This document shows, one piece after another, positions 22,178 through 26,719 of a stretch of DNA of 26,719 nucleotides. The notes beneath the pieces were generated by a model, which made no database searches, was not told the origin of the DNA, and saw only the letters and a list, made by a program, of their open reading frames with translations. A program made the translations under genes and the position numbers. Where the stretch lies: assembly GCA_051294375.1 (NCBI GenBank), contig JBJCIZ010000239.1, positions 1 to 26,719 of the forward strand, written 5' to 3'. How positions within the stretch are numbered: position 1 is the first letter of the stretch; each line of letters begins with the position of its first letter. Source of the DNA: Paraspadella gotoi (Eukaryota; Animalia; Chaetognatha).

Positions 22178-22982
22178 CAGGGAGGAAAAAAAAAGAAAGA
22201 AAAAAAAGCAAGAAAAAAAATAAGAGAAAATGATGGTTTTGTGGCAATTAGAAGAACTAATGGAGAGATTTTCCTATCTGGTTTTTTTTTTCTTTATATT
22301 TTCCTTCATTGAAGAGTTTTTTATTTTTTTATCGGCTGCAACAATTTATTTCATTGCGGACGAATAATATAAGATGACACGATGATAATTTTATTGTCGT
22401 ATGTACTGGAGAAGATGTACATTTAATTTTTATTTTTTATTAATTTCAATATTAAAGATTAATTTAATGAATCCCATCAACGCCAGGGAGTTTGTTTACA
22501 AAATGTTTTTTTTTTCGATTTAAGTTACTTGCGGAGTCGTCAGTTTAAATCATGCAATATATAATTTATAAAAATACGCGAATGCTTACTTTAATAGACG
22601 GGACGATGTTCCTGGAGGCTTAATTAAGTTTAATTTTAATACTTATTAAAAAAAAAAGATAATACAGCTCGTCAATGAGGTGAGAAACCCCGTGATTATC
22701 GTTTAGTGTTTAAAACGAATATTTTCTTCTTATCTTTTTCACACGCGACTTTTACATGAGGTTTCAACAACATTTCGAAAAAAAAAAGGCCTCTTCGGTT
22801 GAAGGACCGTAATTTTTAACAAAAAAGGAAAAACCTTGTCGAGATTTATGAGAAAGAGGACGATAGCGACGACGACAACGACGACGACAACGACGACGAC
22901 AACGACGACTCAAAAATCCCCCCGAATCCAAGGCTGAATCACGACGTCGCAATTCGGCTTAACGTCGGTTCTCCCTCGCCAG

Positions 22983-23040
22983 CCGGCACCCGTCGGCACC
23001 CGTCGGCGCCCGTCGGCACCCGGCATCTGTCGGCACCCGA
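22983..23040 (+). repeat. 10-bp GC-rich tandem repeat TCGGCACCCG, ~5-6 units
   Basis: Seen directly. Confidence 0.85.
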
Positions 23041-23290
23041 GGCAAACGCTTACACCTGGAGCCAATGAATTCCCATCGGGGTTTTTCCTCCTTTTCATCC
23101 CGAGACGAAAGAATTTCGCGTTGAGGGAAAACGCGTCGCTTTTGATTTCGTTGCTGAATAGCTGAGTGTGGATTGCACACTGCGTGACACACTGTAAAAT
23201 TCGGCGTGAATACAAAAACGGTTGATTTACTAAATAATTTTAGTGTGGCGAATCCTAAATTTGCCTCCCGTATAGCTTGGTGTAACTCAG

Positions 23291-23560
23291 CTCGTTCCAT
23301 TGGCTTGGTCAGCTAAGTACTCGTTCACCAACCGTGGGTTCCGGGTTCAATCCACTTACGGTCACCATGGTTGAAGTATGATGGCGTCGGCTTAAACACG
23401 CCAGTGACATGGGGTCGTCACTGCAGGTCCAAAGCCCCGAGCGCCAGCTGTCGGGAGATGCTTCACACCTCAGGCGTCACAAAAGTCTCCACGTTGCCAT
23501 ATTGGTTTACTGGAACATCGATATTCTGCTTTATATATTCATTATTTTCTTATTTATTTA
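23291..23560 (+). mobile_element. Putative tRNA-derived SINE (second family)
   Basis: A-box-like TGGCTTGGTCAG (23301) and good B-box GGTTCAATCC (23344) at tRNA-like spacing. GC-balanced ~170-bp body with small hairpins, then an AT-rich tail. Single copy here, and the boundaries are uncertain. Confidence 0.5.
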
Positions 23561-23814
23561 CTAAAATGACTTAAGGTTTATTCAAGTAGTTTGATAATAT
23601 CGATTTTAAATCTAATTTCATGTGACTTGGATTTAATTTTGTATGACTAGAACGTCCTTGCAATTGGTTCCTTTCGAGAGAGCGAGAGATCCTAAGCTTT
23701 GAATTGCCTCAACTTCTTTGCCAGCATTATTAGCCACTTCTACTGTCATGTCGCCAAATCACCGTCATGTTACACAGCCCCTCTGCGAGCCTCAGTACTA
23801 CACACAACGTCTCT

Positions 23815-23900
<86 letters not shown>

Positions 23901-24143
23901 CCCGTGCTCATGGCGCTATTTCCATGTCCCATCGCCATGCTAACGCCATGCCAACGACTTCTCCCTCGAACGAGAGGCCAATTCGCCCTGGCATTCCGGT
24001 TCGACCTTTCGCCAGTGGAATGGCGCGTGAGAAGTAAACGCCCTACTTTGCCTAGCTTGCTCGGGGGGGGGGGGGGCGAAAAGGGGACGGTGAAATTTCT
24101 TTTTGAGTAAGGGACGAGTGAGATTTGGAGTCCTGGATGATCG

Positions 24144-24168
24144 NNNNNNNNNNNNNNNNNNNNNNNNN
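24144..24168. other. Assembly gap (25 N)
   Basis: N run of the same 25-bp length as 21118-21142. Confidence 0.99.
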
Positions 24169-25070
24169 CAGGATTTTCTGAAGAAATTACTAAGAATCTA
24201 TTTCATTCTTATCTGAAAAGAAAGAGAAATGGAATGTCTACAGCTGCCCTAGAGGGGTCACTTTCGTTTCAAAAACGGTTATTCTCCAAAAAGTACGGTA
24301 GCACAACCAGGGAGGAATACTCGAGTCCCAACCTCTTTACATTGTATGTGGAGGACCTTTCTCCAACGAGACATGGCCAAATCAGCAGAGGGGCAAAGTA
24401 TGCCGATGGATTACATCGAATATGGGCCAGTGGCAAAAACCTACTATGAGGTAAAACACTAAAAACTCCAGCCCTGTCCCTCAACAAGATTTCAAATGAG
24501 TGTGAAACATTGGCAGCACGTTCAACTTTCCCCAGAAAATCAGTTGCCACTGTATTTTAGTAGATGTCCGGAAACTCTAAGAAGAAACAAATTGATTTAC
24601 ATTTGGGAGATGATAAAGTCGTGGATGAATAATGGGAATTTAAAATTACTGAATGATACTAGACGAAATTCCAATGTCGACTTAAAATTATAAAATCAAT
24701 TAGTTTGAGAAAAGCAAAAACAAAAAGAATACTGCGGTGAAACCAAACTGGCAAAAACTGCGTCCGGCACGAAGCGGAGATAATCAGAATTCGGTCGTTC
24801 CAGTATATAAAGTCTAGAGTTCCTTTCCATTTTCGACTAGTTCAACAGTGTTGTTTGGCCTGGACGATGTCTGACTATCATATGGTCTAAAAATTTGAAA
24901 AAATCCATGCTGCCGTGCTCTGACGAGACTTACTTGAATTCTTCCTTCCAACATTCAATCTGCGTTAGTCTATGATGCAGCAAATGAAAGTGAGCTTAAA
25001 ATTGTAAACTTATCTCTAAAGCAAAAGCCAAGAATCAGAAAGTATAGTAACAAAACAACCCTCTTTTGCC
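24169..25070 (+). pseudogene. Frameshifted non-LTR retrotransposon (LINE) ORF2 reverse-transcriptase fragment, I/Jockey-group-like
   Basis: Ordered RT motifs across frames: GF..LFHSYL (24171-); QGGIL/SPNLFTLYVEDL (24308-24359, one extra base); YAD (24399); IWASGK; LNKISNEC..KSVATVF; MILDE (~24654, the LGxxLD position); VYK..IFD; KFEKIHAAVL (24891). Confidence 0.75.
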
Positions 25071-25811
25071 GACCATTTCTTAAAGAAATTGAAGAAGAGA
25101 AGTCACATCCCACAAATCTCCTCTTCACGTTCTGCCTATGACGAAGAAAAGTTCCCAAATAAGATGGTCAAGTAGAATTCTATTGGTTTTCTTGCGTTAG
25201 ATCATGGAATCTTGTTATAGAACTACTGTTTATATCTTCTGAAAAAAGATAAAAAGACCATTAGAAATTATCCGATTAACTCTAATTGTAGCATTACTAT
25301 GTTGTTGGGAATCCATAATTTTCCAGTCTCCTGTGTTTTTCGTGATTCTTCTAGTAACAAAGCTGTTTTACTGAAGGGTCATAATAGGCCGGCAGAAAGC
25401 GTGCCCGGGGCGTATCCGTGGATTCATTTCATCATTCCATTCTCTCTCTCGTCTCTCTCTCTCTCTCTCGTCTCCTCTCTCTTCTCTCTTCTTCTCTCTT
25501 TAAATGATTGAATTAAAGATGCAGAACATAGAAAAGTACCGAAGTTGGACGCACGACGACGAACGAATTCAATATTATCGATTATTTATGAGTTTCGGTC
25601 TCTCTCCTTTTTGAGAAAAGAAGAGAGGTCGAGAGAGAGCGAGAGAGAGAGAGAGAGAGAAGCGGGACAGGGCTGGGATCGAGATGAGGAGAGAGAGAGA
25701 AGCATATTTTAATGCAAAATTTTTCTTCTTCTCTTACTCAACGGATGTGAAAAAAAAATCAATTATCGATAGTTGAAGATAATTTCTTAACCACGTCATA
25801 ATGGAGAAGAC

Positions 25812-26100
25812 GTGAGTGACGACGACGACGACGACGACGAGGACGACGACGACGATGAGAGCAACGACGACGACGAAAACGACGAAGACGAAGACGACAA
25901 AAATGATGCCAATGACGGCGACGACGATAACGACGATAAAGAAGAAGGCGACGACAAAAATTCCGATGACAACGACGATAAATACGATGACAATTATGCT
26001 GATGACAACGACGACGACAACGTAGAGAGCAAGGAAGATAGCGACGAAGACGATAACAATTATGCCTACGACGACGCCGACGACGACGACGACGACGATA
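25812..26100 (+). repeat. Degenerate (GAC/GAT/AAC)n triplet repeat that reads as an Asp-rich open frame
   Basis: Triplet phase is kept for ~290 bp. No ATG; in-frame stop at 25788. Confidence 0.8.
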
Positions 26101-26341
26101 GAGCACCATCGATTTTTCGTCATTAACGACTCTTCACTTTTACAAAAAAAAAGTTCTTATCAGCATTTTATTTTATTCTTTTTTTTATTATATTGTCCTT
26201 TTTTTAATGCGGTAATTTTAGCCGTGAACCAACTAGCCTTTTTCTAAATTGACAGCTTTTTTTTAATGTAATAGGGCTTAATATTTATTAAACGCAGAAA
26301 CATTGGCCCATAACATATACTTTCTAAATCAATGAGATTGA

Positions 26342-26370
26342 ACGGTATTACGGTATTACGGTATTACGGT
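26342..26370 (+). repeat. 8-bp tandem repeat (ACGGTATT) x ~3.5
   Basis: Seen directly. Confidence 0.8.
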
Positions 26371-26719
26371 GTTCATTATTTTAATATTAATGAAGTTAAA
26401 AGTGAGGAACATAAAATAATTATGCGAATAAATATAAATATCTTAAACAAAATTTCAAAAGAAAAAAAAAGCTCGACCTTCTACGACATTTTTATTCAAA
26501 ATACAAACATCACGTTCTCTCATCTGATTTCCAACGGCGCATCAAAAAGCCGCTCTCCCTAAATTGTTTACTAACGCAGTTTGAACGAACTCTCTGCTAC
26601 CGTTAACGCCGCCGCCGCCGCCGCCGCCTACGCCGCCGTCGCTGCCTTTTCAGCAGCCGCCGTTACTGGCATCTACGACTGAGCGTCCTTCGTCGGTATG
26701 ACCTTTCTCTCTCTCTCTC

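Overview
Repeat-dominated, non-coding eukaryotic (probably invertebrate) genomic DNA from a draft assembly. It has five N gaps and stretches with long-read-like indel noise. No intact protein-coding gene is supported, and nearly all listed ORFs are translations of microsatellites or N runs. Main structures: (1) a ~7.4-kb block present twice (1-7420 and ~13340-20935) with differing minisatellite copy numbers; (2) a 996-bp near-fully palindromic element with an exact 8-bp target-site duplication and a hAT-like terminus (9623-10618); (3) a short tRNA-like-headed element ending in a (TAAGGC/AAAGGC)n tract, in both copies of the block; (4) a second tRNA-derived SINE-like element (~23291-23560); (5) two oppositely oriented Helentron/DINE-1-like ends (12303, 22177); (6) a frameshifted non-LTR reverse-transcriptase relic (24169-~25070); (7) many mini- and microsatellites. 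I found no convincing new biological system. The best novelty candidates are probably uncatalogued mobile-element families. All alignments were done by eye, so the edges of degenerate features are approximate.
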